Shown piece after piece: positions 27,037 through 37,569 of a stretch of 64,000 bases of DNA. The position numbers were made by a program, and so were the translations under genes. The notes under the pieces were generated by a model. It saw only the letters and a list, made by a program, of their open reading frames with translations, did no database searches and was not told the DNA's origin. How positions within the stretch are numbered: position 1 is the stretch's first letter; the number at the start of each line of letters is the position of its first letter. Source of the stretch: Candidatus Ozemobacteraceae bacterium (lineage in GTDB: Bacteria > Muiribacteriota > Ozemobacteria > Ozemobacterales > Ozemobacteraceae); assembly GCA_965140445.1 (NCBI GenBank), contig OZ223236.1, positions 3,104,001 to 3,168,000 on the forward strand, in the 5' to 3' direction.

Positions 27037-27426
27037 TTAAGAAACCCCTTGCCCATGATAATATAGTAAGCCAAGGTTGTTTTGAGCTGAAACATATCCC
27101 TGATTGGCGGCTTTTTCATACCATTCTTTTGCTTTTTTATAATCCAGACAAACGCCTTTTCCAAAATGATACATTAATCCTGCTTCATTCTGTGCCCTTG
27201 GTTCCCCAAGATTGGCTGCTTTGATTATTGACTCAAAATCTTTTTTCGAATCCCTTGAAACATTTTTACCCTCCAATTGCATTTGGGAATAATTGTGGAT
27301 GTCAGCGACATTTTGTGGATTCTCTAACTCTATCTGGTTCGGTTTGCAATACACCACCTCTGGAATACTAATAAAAAACAGTACTCCCAACATAAAAAGG
27401 CCAGTCCTCTGAACTCCTTTTTTCAT
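27037..27426 (-). CDS. Exported Sel1-repeat protein, probably C-terminally truncated
   Basis: Signal peptide; AQNEAGLMYHFGKGV..DYKKAKEWYEKAA; second repeat stops at HGQGVS. Confidence 0.7.
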   Translation of the reverse strand: MKKGVQRTGLFMLGVLFFISIPEVVYCKPNQIELENPQNVADIHNYSQMQLEGKNVSRDSKKDFESIIKAANLGEPRAQNEAGLMYHFGKGVCLDYKKAKEWYEKAANQGYVSAQNNLGLLYYHGQGVS

Positions 27427-27905
27427 TTTTATATTTCTCCCCTATTTCTAAGTGTCTATTTTAACATTAATGCTTGTTTTCCAGCATAGGAAAAAAATGA
27501 TAGTTACTGTTTAACTAGAGTGCTTTATCTTACAAAAGCTTTGGAAAAAAGAAATAATTGAGTAGAAATTCAGTAGATAACGTTTGCCCTATTTGGAGAT
27601 TCTAAAGGGAAAGTATTTTATGGGTTCAATATTAGAGAATGATGCCTGAAGGTTATGACTTCTCTGTAATATATTTTTCACAGTAATGACCCTGCTAGAA
27701 TTTAAGAACAACGAATTTTTTGTAGGCCGATAAGGCACTTCGAATTCTAAAATGTATTCTGACTCGGTTACTTAATTCTTAAAGGTATTTAAAGCTATTT
27801 TTGAAAAGGGCAATTCTAATTTTAAACAGGTTAAAAGGCGGGTGGGTTTTCAAAATGAAATGTAATATAATGGAAAAAATTAACACATGGTAGTTATTAT
27901 CAAGC

Positions 27906-28676
27906 ATGAAAATTGATAAAAGAATAGATTCAAATGTTGAAATTCTCGAAAAGACAGCGGAACTGAAAAAGCCTACAATCAAGAGCAAAATTTTTAGTTT
28001 TGTTCAGGTTTTTATTGTTTTTTGTATAATGCACGTTTCAATGCGATTCTTAAAACAATACACTGCTCTTGGAGGTATGGAGAAACAGTTTGGGTTAAAT
28101 TTTTCACCTGGAGTTTTAATGCTTCTTATTTCGTTCGTAGCTCTTCGCATTAAAAAAATTAGTTTTAAAGAGGCTGGTTTAAATCTGGATATTTGGCCCA
28201 AATCACCAAATTTGCCAACTAGATTGCACAAGATCTATGGAACCATTTTATTGTGCACGCTTTGGGTTTGGGTAATTATTAAAGGATTTAACTCTACTCA
28301 AGGTCCTTGGCTAACAATTCTTATCGCAAGTTGTCGATTTTTTGCTGTTGGTTTTGGTGAAGAAATATTCTTTCGTGGATACATTCAAACCACATTCAAT
28401 AAGCAGTTTTCTCTAAAGTTTGAATATCTGGGAGCTAAGTTTGGGTGGGGATTAATCTTAAGCTCATTTTTCTTTGGATTAATTCATGGGTTAAATACCG
28501 TAGACTACTTCAATGGAATATGGAATATTAGTTGGAGCTGGGGAATTGGAACTTTTTGTGTTGGACTTTTTTATGGGTATATTCGTGAAAGAAGTGGGGG
28601 ATGCTTTCTGGGAATTTTAATCCATGCCAGCCGAGGTCTGCTTTCTACTTTTATTCCGGTACCGGGACATATTTAA
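27906..28676 (+). CDS. CPBP (CAAX/Abi) intramembrane metalloprotease
   Basis: EEIFFRG, FGLIH, ILIHA motifs; multi-TM. Confidence 0.88.
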   Translation: MKIDKRIDSNVEILEKTAELKKPTIKSKIFSFVQVFIVFCIMHVSMRFLKQYTALGGMEKQFGLNFSPGVLMLLISFVALRIKKISFKEAGLNLDIWPKSPNLPTRLHKIYGTILLCTLWVWVIIKGFNSTQGPWLTILIASCRFFAVGFGEEIFFRGYIQTTFNKQFSLKFEYLGAKFGWGLILSSFFFGLIHGLNTVDYFNGIWNISWSWGIGTFCVGLFYGYIRERSGGCFLGILIHASRGLLSTFIPVPGHI

Positions 28677-28709
28677 AACTTCAGACTATCGATTTCCAAG
28701 GCTTTTAAG

Positions 28710-29957
28710 CTAGAACTTCCAGGGCATGCCGCCCGAGTATTCTATAGTTCGCTGAAAATCACTAAATGCCGGTTCGTTAGGCGCGAGAGGTTCTTTTGTA
28801 ACCATGTTTGCAAAAAGAGTATTGAGGTCGAAAACAAAATTGTTGTATTGATAACCCAGTGCCCAGCATGCGTAGACAAATCCTTCCTTTTCAAATAGTT
28901 GGAAGCTTCTTAAGGCAAAATCTTTTTCATGGGGCATTGTTTCAAGAAATTTGTTCCAGAGTTGTGTGGGAGTTTTTCTGCTATGGGCGATTTGCACAAG
29001 GTCTCTATTTATCTTGGCGGTTACCACTAATTTCGGAAACTCTTTTTTTATCAGGGCTAAGATCTTAGGATTAATAGGTTCCTGTAGCCATTCTCTAACT
29101 TTGTAAAGTCCAGACCATTCTGTTGTTATCAAAGGCAGATCAGTGTGTTTTTTCACATAAGCAATGATTCTGGGATAGTCCTTAAGTGATGTTTCCAGAA
29201 GGTGAATATCAACATAATCGCAATAAGTGTTTGAGATTTTGACGATCTCTCCGAGAAGCTTGATCTTGGGGTGTTCATGAAACTCCGGTATCATAGCGCC
29301 TTCAGAGGATAGCCGATCAACTGCTTGCCAGGTTGGAGAGCTAATTTTTAAATGGGAAAGCTTTGGATTGGAGCGTCTCAATTCGTCCACAGTTTTGGCG
29401 ACCTTGATCAACCACTTACCAGCTTTCGAAAATCCACCAGAATTACGCATTGTGTCATCAGTTCTGTATTGCCCGGGTCCCCCTAAACATTCGTTCTGAA
29501 GCGATATGACAGCAATCTGGTCACCAAAATCATTGAGAAAACGTTTTAGAAGTTGTAATACTCGTTCCCTATCTAATCCTTCTGGAACACGATCTATCAT
29601 AGAATTTGGGTCGATCCTGCCTTTAAAAATATCAATTCCCTTTTCAAGCAAAGACTTATCCTGGGGCCAACGTAAAGTAATGATCACGTCGACGCCAGAG
29701 CTTTTAAGGGTTTTAAGCTTTTGGAGTGGCTTGATTTGCCAAATTTGTTTCCCTGAATCCAGTTGTCTATAAATCTCCTGAATTTTATCGTCACTGACTA
29801 TAGCTCTTGTGACCTTTAGCTGCGCTTTTTTAAATAGTTCAGGGGTGGGAAGATAGAAAACTCCAAGTTTGGTTCTAGTTTTGGCCTGTAAAGAGCCTGG
29901 GGCGCTCAAGATTATGAATAAGAATAGGCAAGAAAGTAAGACAAAAAGCTTTCTCAT
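28710..29957 (-). CDS. Secreted glycoside hydrolase-like TIM-barrel protein (clan GH-A-like)
   Basis: Signal peptide; ISLQNE (acid/base), YVDIH, LITTEW (nucleophile). Confidence 0.55.
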   Translation of the reverse strand: MRKLFVLLSCLFLFIILSAPGSLQAKTRTKLGVFYLPTPELFKKAQLKVTRAIVSDDKIQEIYRQLDSGKQIWQIKPLQKLKTLKSSGVDVIITLRWPQDKSLLEKGIDIFKGRIDPNSMIDRVPEGLDRERVLQLLKRFLNDFGDQIAVISLQNECLGGPGQYRTDDTMRNSGGFSKAGKWLIKVAKTVDELRRSNPKLSHLKISSPTWQAVDRLSSEGAMIPEFHEHPKIKLLGEIVKISNTYCDYVDIHLLETSLKDYPRIIAYVKKHTDLPLITTEWSGLYKVREWLQEPINPKILALIKKEFPKLVVTAKINRDLVQIAHSRKTPTQLWNKFLETMPHEKDFALRSFQLFEKEGFVYACWALGYQYNNFVFDLNTLFANMVTKEPLAPNEPAFSDFQRTIEYSGGMPWKF

Positions 29958-30095
29958 TCAATTACCCCATAATCAATCTTTATTTATAGAATTTTAACAT
30001 TCTACAGGCATGTAAACAATCAGAGGTAGAAGTGAAAAACATCAATCCCTTTACTCCATAAAATGTTTGGGTTTTCTGTATTTTTCAAGGAACAA

Positions 30096-30205
30096 AACTT
30101 TGAAAGCTCAATTAGAACGGTTAGCCGATACCACTCTTAAATCTTGATCCAGAACAATTAAGGGTTCGCGTATAGTATTGATGATGCATTCAGCGTATTC
30201 CGAAG
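30096..30205 (-). pseudogene. PAS domain fragment
   Basis: SEYAECIINTIREPLIVLDQDLRVVSANRSN*AFKV, internal stop, no start codon. Confidence 0.6.
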
Positions 30206-30622
30206 AATGAATGTTTGTTTGAAGACAAACTGTTAGTAGAATCGTTTTCTGAAAATTTAACTTCAAATTTTTTATAGGTACATCACTGTGTACTTCATTA
30301 AAAAAAATAGTTCTTGTTTGTCACCAGGAAAAAAACAGCTAAATTCAAAATTTTTTTTTTACTTACTTTTTGCAATAACTATGCAAACGTATATTAACAG
30401 ATGTTATGGGAAAGATTTATCAGGTGTTTTCTTCATGAAAATAGTAAGAATAGACTATTTGTTCCCGGTTCGGTCCTTGGTAAATTATAAATAATAGCAA
30501 CAAAAGCTTTTATAAAGAGAAAAATTTTGCAAGCCTGATAAAAAAAGGCCAACATAATTGACATAAGAGTGAGGAATAAAACCTCGAATTTTGATTTTAA
30601 AATTTTTAAGTGAGGAGAGAAT

Positions 30623-30781
30623 ATGGATAAATACAAATGCACAGTGTGTAGTTACGTGTATGATCCAGCCGAAGGCGACCCATTACAGGATATCGCTCCT
30701 GGAACAAATTTTGCTGATCTTCCTGATTCATGGGTTTGCCCTGAGTGCGGCGTTGGTAAGGATCTATTTGAAAAAGTTTGA
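30623..30781 (+). CDS. Rubredoxin (absent from ORF track)
   Basis: [20 protein letters not shown]...[32 protein letters not shown]. Confidence 0.97.
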   Translation: MDKYKCTVCSYVYDPAEGDPLQDIAPGTNFADLPDSWVCPECGVGKDLFEKV

Positions 30782-31143
30782 GGCCTTGTTCGCCAAGTTT
30801 ATAAGAAATCAAACTACTCATTAATAGGAAAATTAAACCTTCTTTTATCATGGACAAAAGGGATTGCTGATATAAAGTGTTGTCGGCAGTTCCTTTACCT
30901 TATTTAGACCAAAGTTATATTTGAAATAAAGAGACAAAATTTCAAATATATGGAATTACCGCTTTTTTTTCAAAACTATTTCATTCTATTTCTATTGCCT
31001 TTTCAAAATCTATTTAACTTTATTTCATAGTTAAAAAACTCTTAGAAATAAGGTTTTTAATGGTTAGTTACCACTATTGTAAAGATCCATTTGAAAGAGC
31101 AGTATTAGTTATAGTTTAAGAAAAATTAAGGTGGGAGGTCTTT

Positions 31144-31689
31144 ATGAAAAAATTCTCTGTTTTACTAATTTTGGCTTTGTTCGTAGGATTAGTTGCTGAA
31201 TCTGCTTCGGCAGGTTTGTTTAGTCGCCATCGTCGCAGCGGCCGGGCCAATGCCCAATTATTGATAAAAAGCATGATCTCAAAAGATCCAGGCATGCAGA
31301 AAGTTTTTGATAATGCTGTGGGGTGGGCGGTCTTTCCTAAAATCAGGAAGGCTGGCATGGGAATTGGCGGCGCCAGCGGGGATGGAAACGTTTACCGAAA
31401 AAATACCTTTATTGGTACAGCCACCATGACCCAGATTTCTGTTGGTTTTCAATTGGGTGGCCAGGTTTACGGCGAAATACTATTCTTTAAAGACGATTAT
31501 ACTCTGGAAAAATTTAAAGAAGGAAAGTTCGAGCTTGGAGCAAATGTTTCAGCGATAGTTTTTGATGTGGGAGTAGCAGAAACCGCTGATTACAAAGATG
31601 GCACCATGATTTTTATCGTTCCTCAAGCTGGTTTGATGTATGAAGCAACTATCAGTGGACAGAACTTCACTTTTAAAGGAAAAAAGTAA
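31144..31689 (+). CDS. Exported YSC84/SYLF lipid-binding domain protein
   Basis: AVFPKIRKAGMGIGGASGDG, SVGFQLGGQ, GLMYEATISGQNF. Confidence 0.88.
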   Translation: MKKFSVLLILALFVGLVAESASAGLFSRHRRSGRANAQLLIKSMISKDPGMQKVFDNAVGWAVFPKIRKAGMGIGGASGDGNVYRKNTFIGTATMTQISVGFQLGGQVYGEILFFKDDYTLEKFKEGKFELGANVSAIVFDVGVAETADYKDGTMIFIVPQAGLMYEATISGQNFTFKGKK

Positions 31690-31712
31690 CTCAGTAAATG
31701 TGTCTATAAAGA

Positions 31713-31750
31713 AAACCGCATAATCGAAAATTATGCGGTTTATTTTTTTT
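31713..31750 (+). terminator. Intrinsic terminator
   Basis: AAACCGCATAAT-cgaaa-ATTATGCGGTTT plus T tract. Confidence 0.8.
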
Positions 31751-31860
31751 AGTTATAATTATCTAATATGCCAAGAGCTTTATCTAAATTTGCAATTAAA
31801 TCATATTACTTGTTGATGAAGAGTTTTAAAGCGTCGATTCTGATCCTTCACAAACTTGTT

Positions 31861-32694
31861 TTATTTTCCAGTCTCTGCTGTTTTTTCTTTTGAAACAGAT
31901 TTTGTTTCTTCAGTTTTGGAATTGATTGAAGTTTTCTGATTAGACTCTTCGTTCCAGTAGCCGGGGCGACCAAAATGCTCGTGATACTGAGCTTCATAAT
32001 CTCTGTCCAAAAGCAATTTTTCCGAATATTCCGGAGAATTTTTAATGGTTTCAAGAGAAAGATCAACGAAGACCTTTGATTCATCCCAGGAAACGCTTTT
32101 TAGCCATTGGGTTGATACAAGTACTTTTTTACCGGGAAACCAGTTTTTTGTATCAATAACTAAATATCGAATAGCCCAGGCTTTATCATCAATAATAAAA
32201 TCTTCTACATGACCAATTTCACCATCATTGGCTTGAATAGTATAACCAATGACCGCTTTAGTGCTTCGTAAGCTCGGATTCCATATTTTTTTATGGTGTT
32301 TCGGTTCTTGCTCTCCTTTTAATTTATTTGGAATGTAAGGATAGGTCCACCATCCCCACATTGAAGAACCACCATAGTATATTGGCCACCCGTAATACTT
32401 GTAATAATCGTCCTCAAATTGCTGTGAAACAGGTTTGTCATTATTTATCAGCGGACTGCCCTCAATTTTTTCTTTGGATAAATCTACATTGATGTGATGT
32501 TCATCATCTTTTACATTTATCAAGGCATATGGTGAGATTAAAACCTGTCTGTCAGTCAACCAGGTTCCCGTTTCGGCAATCAGATATCTAATGGTCCAAT
32601 GATTGTCATCAAAGTAAAACTCTTTTACAGTTCCGATATCACCATCGATTCCCTTTAGTGGGTAACCGATAAGTCTTTGGGATTTGTACAACAT
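31861..32694 (-). CDS. Double PRC-barrel domain protein
   Basis: Two copies of DGxIGxVxxFxxDDxxWxIRYL. Confidence 0.9.
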   Translation of the reverse strand: MLYKSQRLIGYPLKGIDGDIGTVKEFYFDDNHWTIRYLIAETGTWLTDRQVLISPYALINVKDDEHHINVDLSKEKIEGSPLINNDKPVSQQFEDDYYKYYGWPIYYGGSSMWGWWTYPYIPNKLKGEQEPKHHKKIWNPSLRSTKAVIGYTIQANDGEIGHVEDFIIDDKAWAIRYLVIDTKNWFPGKKVLVSTQWLKSVSWDESKVFVDLSLETIKNSPEYSEKLLLDRDYEAQYHEHFGRPGYWNEESNQKTSINSKTEETKSVSKEKTAETGK

Positions 32695-32797
32695 AGCAGT
32701 ATCCTTTCGTTCTTAATATTGATCCTTTTGCCCCTATATAGGCCTTAATGGTCTAAAAATGAGGCGTTATTTTCAGCCATTCATTTTAGTGGCCTTT

Positions 32798-33610
32798 TTA
32801 TTTTTTGAAAATCGGAACTGCTTCAAGTAAAAGTTTAATACGTTCCATATTTTTAACCGAGCTGGAAACCCCAGAATTAGCTTCAACACCAACTACATGG
32901 GCTATTCCTTTATTTGTCATTGCTCTTTTTGATGCCCGTTCTCTACGCCCCGCTTCTTCAGCTAGAGCTTCGGCTTTTGCTTTGGCGGTAGCATCTTGAA
33001 TGGCATCTGCCATTTCTTCTCGTGAAATAGAACCTTTTGGTTCTTCAGCAGTTTTTACAAACTCTGTATCTGGAGATGAAACGGGGACTTCTTCAAAGGC
33101 CCGAATTTCTTTTTTGACAGTAGCCGCTGGATTAATAAGTATGTCTTCCCTGTAAATCATTCGACTTGCCCTTGCACGCACTTCAAATGTGTATGTGCGT
33201 GGACCCGGTAAATTAATTTCCAGTGGATGATTAGAGTCAATGAACTTGTTATGAACATTATCAACATAAACATCTGCTGGAACATTTGAATAGATAGTAA
33301 TGTCAGACTCTGGTTCTGCTACGGCAGGAAATGCAAGAATGTTTCTATGCTCGTTCTTGTCATCCCCTACATTTACTGCTTCTTTGTAAGTATCTCCATT
33401 AGAATGGGCTCTAACGCCTATTACATAAGATTTAGGACCGGCTAGAATGAGTTTCAGGGTTTGAGTCGCTGAAATAGTTGCACTGTATTCATTGTCAATA
33501 TAGACGTCAGCTGGCACTGAAGAAGAGACATTATAATGACCGTAGGCAAATGTCTGCGTTGGAAGAATCAAAAGAAGGCAAAGAACAAAAGCAAAAATAT
33601 AATATCGCAT
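32798..33610 (-). CDS. Exported protein with two PEGA-like repeats
   Basis: Signal peptide; SSVPADVYIDN and SNVPADVYVDN internal duplication. Confidence 0.65.
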   Translation of the reverse strand: MRYYIFAFVLCLLLILPTQTFAYGHYNVSSSVPADVYIDNEYSATISATQTLKLILAGPKSYVIGVRAHSNGDTYKEAVNVGDDKNEHRNILAFPAVAEPESDITIYSNVPADVYVDNVHNKFIDSNHPLEINLPGPRTYTFEVRARASRMIYREDILINPAATVKKEIRAFEEVPVSSPDTEFVKTAEEPKGSISREEMADAIQDATAKAKAEALAEEAGRRERASKRAMTNKGIAHVVGVEANSGVSSSVKNMERIKLLLEAVPIFKK

Positions 33611-33739
33611 ATTTTTCTCCCTATAAGATGGATTAAAAAGAGAAAACGAACGGGAAACAGTGATCAGACACTGCTCCCATTTGTTTGGTTTTGATTAGAT
33701 TTGTTTGAAGACTAATTTTCTATTTATTAAACCTATCTT

Positions 33740-34381
33740 CTAGTTAGCATCGGAAGCCACTTTTAAAAGATTCGCAGACTTTTTGTCTTTTGGATCTATT
33801 GCCAGCGCAGTTTTCAAATATCCAATTGCTACATCAAATTCATTGTTCTCAATAGCAAGAAAACCAAGATTCCTTAAAGCTTTACATCTGCAAACAGAAA
33901 CGAGAACACTCTTTTCATCAGGGAAATTGGCTTCAAACTCTATTCCTTTTTTATTCGCTTGAGACCACCATCCCATCTTTGTTAATAATTCGATCTGTCT
34001 TTTAGCTAGTTCTGGTGTTAGTTCTGTAACCTTAATTTTCTCCTCAATTTGCTGCAATTCAACTTCATGCCTTGCACGTGCAGACTCTCCAAGCCTTAGA
34101 TCTTTACGAACTTCTTTATCAATAGTTTGCAGAACTCTGGATTCGGCAAGACTGGCAAAGCAATGATCACAATTGTCATTCTTAATTGGGTTTATTTTGC
34201 CGCAAATTAAACATCTGTTCATTATCAATCCACAATTTTGGCAAGCAGTAAGTTCAAGATCTTCAACTAGAGTTTTACATTCCGGGCATACGTTTTTTAA
34301 GGCCATAGCCTGATTCGAGATTAATGTAAAAGCGAATAAAAACACTAATAGCAGTATTCTCCCCATTGAGCTTTTTTTCAT
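33740..34381 (-). CDS. Signal-peptide protein with double zinc ribbon and TPR
   Basis: CPEC, CQNC, CLIC, CDHC; ALRNLG..YLKTALAIDP; ORF open from 34396. Confidence 0.7.
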   Translation of the reverse strand: MKKSSMGRILLLVFLFAFTLISNQAMALKNVCPECKTLVEDLELTACQNCGLIMNRCLICGKINPIKNDNCDHCFASLAESRVLQTIDKEVRKDLRLGESARARHEVELQQIEEKIKVTELTPELAKRQIELLTKMGWWSQANKKGIEFEANFPDEKSVLVSVCRCKALRNLGFLAIENNEFDVAIGYLKTALAIDPKDKKSANLLKVASDAN

Positions 34382-34488
34382 TTTGTTTCCTCCCATATTT
34401 TTTAACTTTCCTTCAAGGACCTTGGAGGTTTAGAAACCTCCAATCATTTCTTTACGAGTTAGCTGACCGGCAATTCGATAAGTGTTTT

Positions 34489-34746
34489 CTAATTTATAAT
34501 GGTTTCAAAAAGAACTCTCATGTTTGCCATTGCAGCCTTTGAGAAAAGATTCTTGGGCGCAGCTTCATATTCTGCTGGCCTCGATTCACCAAAACCCAAT
34601 GTTGTAAGTCTGTTTGGCGCAACAATGCCTTCGTTTATAAGATATTGTTCAACATTTCTCGCACGTCTTTCACTTAAAAGCTGATTATAGGCTTTTGATC
34701 CTGATGCGGATGTATAACCTGCAATGCGAACTTTTATTAAGTTTTG
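34489..34746 (-). pseudogene. OmpA C-terminal (peptidoglycan-binding) domain fragment
   Basis: KVRIAGYTSASGSKAYNQLLSERRARNVEQYL..GFGESRP..ANMRV; in-frame TAA just upstream, no start codon. Confidence 0.8.
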
Positions 34747-35095
34747 TTAAAGTTAAAATGCAGAAATGCCTAATCCTCCTGAGTGCATTTCTGTTAGAAC
34801 ATTTGAGGCAATTGAATCTTGTAGGTTTAAAAAATACCGTTTTTTTTTATTTTCAAATTGCCCCAATAATAAATTACTTCTAAAGACCAAATTTCAAAAT
34901 CAGCTGTTATCCCTAAAAAACTAGTGCAAGCTAACTACTTTCACTCTTGAAAATCCCTTTGCGAGTCTTTTTCTAAAATGAAAAATTCTGGATTGAAATA
35001 ATCCAGAATGGTTCGTCAATAATATTCAGATAATGGGAGAACTTGTTATATAATGATTTCCGTAATCTAATCAGTTAATGGCAGAAGTTAAGATT

Positions 35096-35746
35096 CTAAT
35101 TCGACACAAGGCCCTTTGAAATAGCGTATTTAACCAAACCCACAGAATTTTTTAAACCCAACTTTTGCGAAAGATTTGCTCTATGATTTTCGACGGTGTG
35201 AATACTCAAACAAAGATCAAGGGCGATTTGTTTGTTTGACATTTCCTGAGCGATCATACAAAGAATTTGCTTTTCTCTCCTGGTAAGTATCTCGACGGAA
35301 GGCAGGCTATCGTTTTCCAAAATCAGGAGTTGTCTTTCAGCCAGTAGTTTGTTTACGGAAGGGGCGATATACATCTTGCCTCTGAGTATCTTTTCTATGG
35401 CTCGGGGGAGTTCGTCGCCAGCATCTTCTTTGGACATAAAACCCGATGCGCCAAAGGACTTTGCTTTCTGGAAATGGGTAAAATCATTAAGCATGGAAAG
35501 CATGAGAACCTTTATCTGAGAATATTGGCTATTGATCTCTTTTAAAGCTGTTAGTCCGTCCATTTCAGGCATGGCAATGTCCAGTATTACCAGGTCACAG
35601 GCAATTGTTTTTAGCATTTCAAGGAGATCATTACCATTTTGAACCTCGCCAACAACCTTCCATTCAGGAAATTTCGAGATAATACTCTTCATTCCATCGC
35701 GAAGAATACTGTGATCGTCTGCCAAAATAATTCTACATTCTTTCAT
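35096..35746 (-). CDS. NarL/LuxR family response regulator
   Basis: LADDH, LDIAMP, SKE; LTRREKQIL..SIHTVENHRANL. Confidence 0.95.
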   Translation of the reverse strand: MKECRIILADDHSILRDGMKSIISKFPEWKVVGEVQNGNDLLEMLKTIACDLVILDIAMPEMDGLTALKEINSQYSQIKVLMLSMLNDFTHFQKAKSFGASGFMSKEDAGDELPRAIEKILRGKMYIAPSVNKLLAERQLLILENDSLPSVEILTRREKQILCMIAQEMSNKQIALDLCLSIHTVENHRANLSQKLGLKNSVGLVKYAISKGLVSN

Positions 35747-35748
35747 GG

Positions 35749-37569
35749 CTATTTTTTCTCCTTAACTGGTATTGATAACTTTATTGAAGTGCCTTTTCCT
35801 GGTTGAGATCTAATAGTGACGAAGCCAAGTATTAGAGAAGCCTGCTCTTTCATAAGGGCAAGACCAAGGCCTTTGCATGAAGAAGCTTTTGAAGGATTAA
35901 ACCCTCTACCATTATCGATTATCTCAATGGTTAAAAGGTCATTTGTACAGATTGCTTTAACTTGTACACTTGTGGCATACCCATGTTTTATTACATTTTG
36001 AAGAGCTTCTTGAATAATGCGGTATATAATAATTTCATTATCCTTTAAGCTTGCCTGGTCAACATTCTTATGGAAGAAGGAAATTTTTAAGTTCTTATTT
36101 TGCATCGCTGATTCAGTCAAATTTTTAATGGCAGGAATCAGGCCTGCATACCTTAAACCTGGAGGGGATAACTCATGGGCCAGATTACGAGTATCATTGA
36201 CAATTTTATCCAATTGAGCTTTTATCTGGGTGAAAACTGAGGCTAATTTAGTGTCATAAAAAGAAAATTCGGAAGCTGCTATGCTGGTAAAGAGTTTCAG
36301 GGAAATTAGTGACTGGCCAAATTCTGAATGAAGCACTTGAGAAATACGACTTCGCTCTTTCTCCTGTGCCATTATTATTCGTCCAGGAAGTTCCTGTAAT
36401 GATGCAAATATGCGGTTGTGATCGGTAACATCGCGTTCAGTGGTTGTGATGGCTACAATTTTTCCATCCTGGACCATTCTGGTTACCTTTAAGGATATGT
36501 CCAGAATAGAACCATCTTGAGCGGTACGTTTAGTTTCAAAAGGTTTAATCAACACACCAGCACAAATGTCTTTTAGTAGTTGTTCGGTCTCCAACCTTAA
36601 ACAAGAGGGAGTCAAATCAAAGATTGTCCTTTTCAATGCTTCAGATGTGGAATACCCATATAATTCTTCAGCTCTTCGGTTCCATGCTTTTATATTCCCT
36701 TGCAAATCAAGCAGGGAAATGGCGTCATTGGAATCATCAACTACTGTGAATAGTCGATGTTGAAGGTGATTGTCATCTACTAAACAAGAAACCGGCGGAA
36801 GTTCATTTTTTTCTAAGAAATCCACAGTTTGCGCCGAATGTTCATTCAACTTGGGTAGACCAATTTGGGAATTATTTGTCCAAAAATCACCGACCGCTGC
36901 ACCATTCTTTTTTGCTAGGCGATTGGCAGCTAAAACTTTTCTATTTTTACTTATAAGTATTGCCGGTTGAGGGAGAAGGTTCAAAAGCATTTCATTGCGC
37001 TCAGCGCTTTCCTTAAGGGCCATCAAATTCATTTTGTTTTCATTGATATTTATTATTGATATGCGAATTTCGATGGGAATTCCTCGCCCAAGGTGTACAG
37101 CTACACTTTCAAGACGAGCAAAAAAGGTTTCACCAGAGAATTTGCAAAGTTTCAGTTCACAAGATTCCTGAGTGTTACTCATTCTAACTTTTTTAAGGTG
37201 GAAATAGAAAACATCCTGGGAATTAAAATCAACAAAATCCGTAAAAGAGCTTTGCTTTAGTAAGGACTTTTCAATGTCGAAAAGCTTTGCCGCAGTTAGA
37301 TTTGCTTCGAAAATTTTCTCTTTTCCTCTAAGGGAAAGATACCCTACTGGTGCGAAATCATACAGGTCAATATACTTGGCTTGTATTTTTTGGGTTTCTT
37401 CGTGGGCCAGAAAAAGAGCTTCATTTTGCATTTCCAGCTCTATCTGGTGGGTACGAAGTTCAGCAATAAGCTTTGCCGGGTTTTGTGTAGAAAAGTCTTT
37501 TTTTAGATCAGCTTTTGCATTTTTTTCTTTTTGGACTCGATCTCTCAGGTCGGTTTTAACCTTTTTCAC
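35749..37569 (-). CDS. Cytoplasmic PAS sensor histidine kinase (HisKA_3)
   Basis: ELRTHQIELEMQNE..DLYDFAPVGY; QEKERSRISQVLH; QEALQNVIKH, DNGRGF, GLGL. Confidence 0.92.
   Translation of the reverse strand: MKKVKTDLRDRVQKEKNAKADLKKDFSTQNPAKLIAELRTHQIELEMQNEALFLAHEETQKIQAKYIDLYDFAPVGYLSLRGKEKIFEANLTAAKLFDIEKSLLKQSSFTDFVDFNSQDVFYFHLKKVRMSNTQESCELKLCKFSGETFFARLESVAVHLGRGIPIEIRISIININENKMNLMALKESAERNEMLLNLLPQPAILISKNRKVLAANRLAKKNGAAVGDFWTNNSQIGLPKLNEHSAQTVDFLEKNELPPVSCLVDDNHLQHRLFTVVDDSNDAISLLDLQGNIKAWNRRAEELYGYSTSEALKRTIFDLTPSCLRLETEQLLKDICAGVLIKPFETKRTAQDGSILDISLKVTRMVQDGKIVAITTTERDVTDHNRIFASLQELPGRIIMAQEKERSRISQVLHSEFGQSLISLKLFTSIAASEFSFYDTKLASVFTQIKAQLDKIVNDTRNLAHELSPPGLRYAGLIPAIKNLTESAMQNKNLKISFFHKNVDQASLKDNEIIIYRIIQEALQNVIKHGYATSVQVKAICTNDLLTIEIIDNGRGFNPSKASSCKGLGLALMKEQASLILGFVTIRSQPGKGTSIKLSIPVKEKK

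Noticed and set aside
26730..27224. 164-aa plus-strand ORF
   Set aside because: No motifs or RBS; overlaps the Sel1 gene on the opposite strand
30591..30857. Track ORFs 30591-30824 (+) and 30606-30857 (-)
   Set aside because: Shadows of the rubredoxin gene at 30623-30781
34777..34784. TCCTGAGT match to the tRNA-Asn acceptor stem as a possible attR
   Set aside because: Only 8 bp, expected by chance, and not a direct repeat of the tRNA 3' end
34499..34883. Track ORFs 34499-34684 and 34695-34883 (+)
   Set aside because: Antisense shadows of the OmpA fragment and intergenic DNA
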